Shown one piece after another: positions 63,196 through 64,000 of a DNA stretch of 64,000 nucleotides. The stretch is taken from the NCBI RefSeq assembly GCF_963921235.1, contig NC_086097.1, positions 173,602,001-173,666,000 on the forward strand, read 5' to 3'. This DNA comes from Mobula hypostoma. Lineage: Eukaryota. Made by a program: the position numbers and the translations under genes. Below the pieces are notes generated by a model that worked only from the letters and a program-made list of their open reading frames with translations, was not told the origin of the DNA and searched no databases. Position 1 is the first letter of the stretch; every line of letters begins with the position of its first letter.

Positions 63196-64000
63196 ACTAA
63201 AGCCTCAGCACCCTTCCTGTAATGTGGCTATCAGAACTGCAGACAATTCTCCAAATGTGGCTTAACCAAAGTGTTACACAGCTGAAATATGACTTCACAA
63301 CTTTTATATTCAATGCCTCGACTAATAAAGGCAAGTATGCCATATGCCTTTTTAGCATCCTATCTACTTGTGTTGCACTCACAAAATACATGTTGCATTA
63401 AGAACCTAACAGCTTTACAGAGATGCAATAATATGTTATATAGCAATTGGGAGAAATTGCACAATAAGTTAGAGGAGAAAACCTTAGTCGATGAAAAGTT
63501 AAGGAAGGAATTTCACAGACTGGTGCCAAAGCAGTTACAAGGACAGTCATCAACACTGGAACCAGAAACAGCAGATGCATAATAACCAGTAACAGAGGGA
63601 TTAAGGGAGCAGTAAGCACAAGGACCAGAATGATAACTTTATATTAACAGATTTGTGAAATCAAAAGCAAGTAGAGGTCAGCAAGGATAAGCGGGATCAG
63701 TAAATTGCATGTAACGCATAGAGTTTCAGTTCAAACTTGGTAGCAGTTCTTCTCACTTTTTTCTCTCCACCTTGAAGTGCAACTAATAGTTGACCTATTT
63801 CATAATAATTTCCAAATTAAACAGAAAGCATTTGCACCTGCAATTCAATGACACCTCTCAACATCCCAATACACAGCAAATTGAAGGCATGTGGCTTAGA
63901 ACAAAAAAAACCACTGCTGTAAGCTAATGAAATAATAAAAAGAAAGGCTTTGAGCATCTGCCAAAACCCACCAATATTCTCTAATTAAATAGTACAAAAT

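Larger units (their letters stand above)
59880..63380 (-). mobile_element. Old CR1 3' fragment split into 59880-60186 and 63197-63380 by nested insertions
   Basis: aatcaggccacatcctggtg... continues as aaagcctcagcacccttcctgtaatgtggc, collinear with the CR1 at 11390-11530. Confidence 0.65.
399..64000 (-). other. VPS13B: Large intron upstream of the VPS13B exon; the preceding exon was not found in the window
   Basis: No other VPS13B-like peptide appears in the ORF track or by eye, and the region is dominated by TEs. A short exon could have been missed. Confidence 0.7.

Overview
Vertebrate genomic DNA, AT-rich and repeat-dense. The repeat content (CR1, Rex1/Babar, V-SINE, Penelope-like) points to a cartilaginous fish, probably a ray; this is inference. 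I can support only one host coding exon: a 135-bp minus-strand exon of VPS13B at 264-398. The remaining ~63.6 kb appears to be one large intron filled with nested retroelements and DNA transposon relics, and nearly all ORF-track entries are TE fragments or noise. The most striking signal is a young family of Penelope-like (PLE) terminal-repeat insertions carrying a minimal hammerhead ribozyme and integrated as fold-back palindromes. One is a perfect 308-bp spacer-less palindrome at 58826-59133; the other is a 74-bp-arm hairpin at 13891-14064. Both have the same ends, the same ~31-nt unpaired tail and 16-bp target duplications, and older relics of the same architecture lie nearby. Also notable: a Penelope::Rex1 chimeric junction present twice, a Tigger4-like transposon, a Tc1 MITE holding CR1 DNA, and an inverted pair of young CR1 copies. 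All family assignments come from motif recognition and memory, not database searches. Boundaries of old repeats are approximate.
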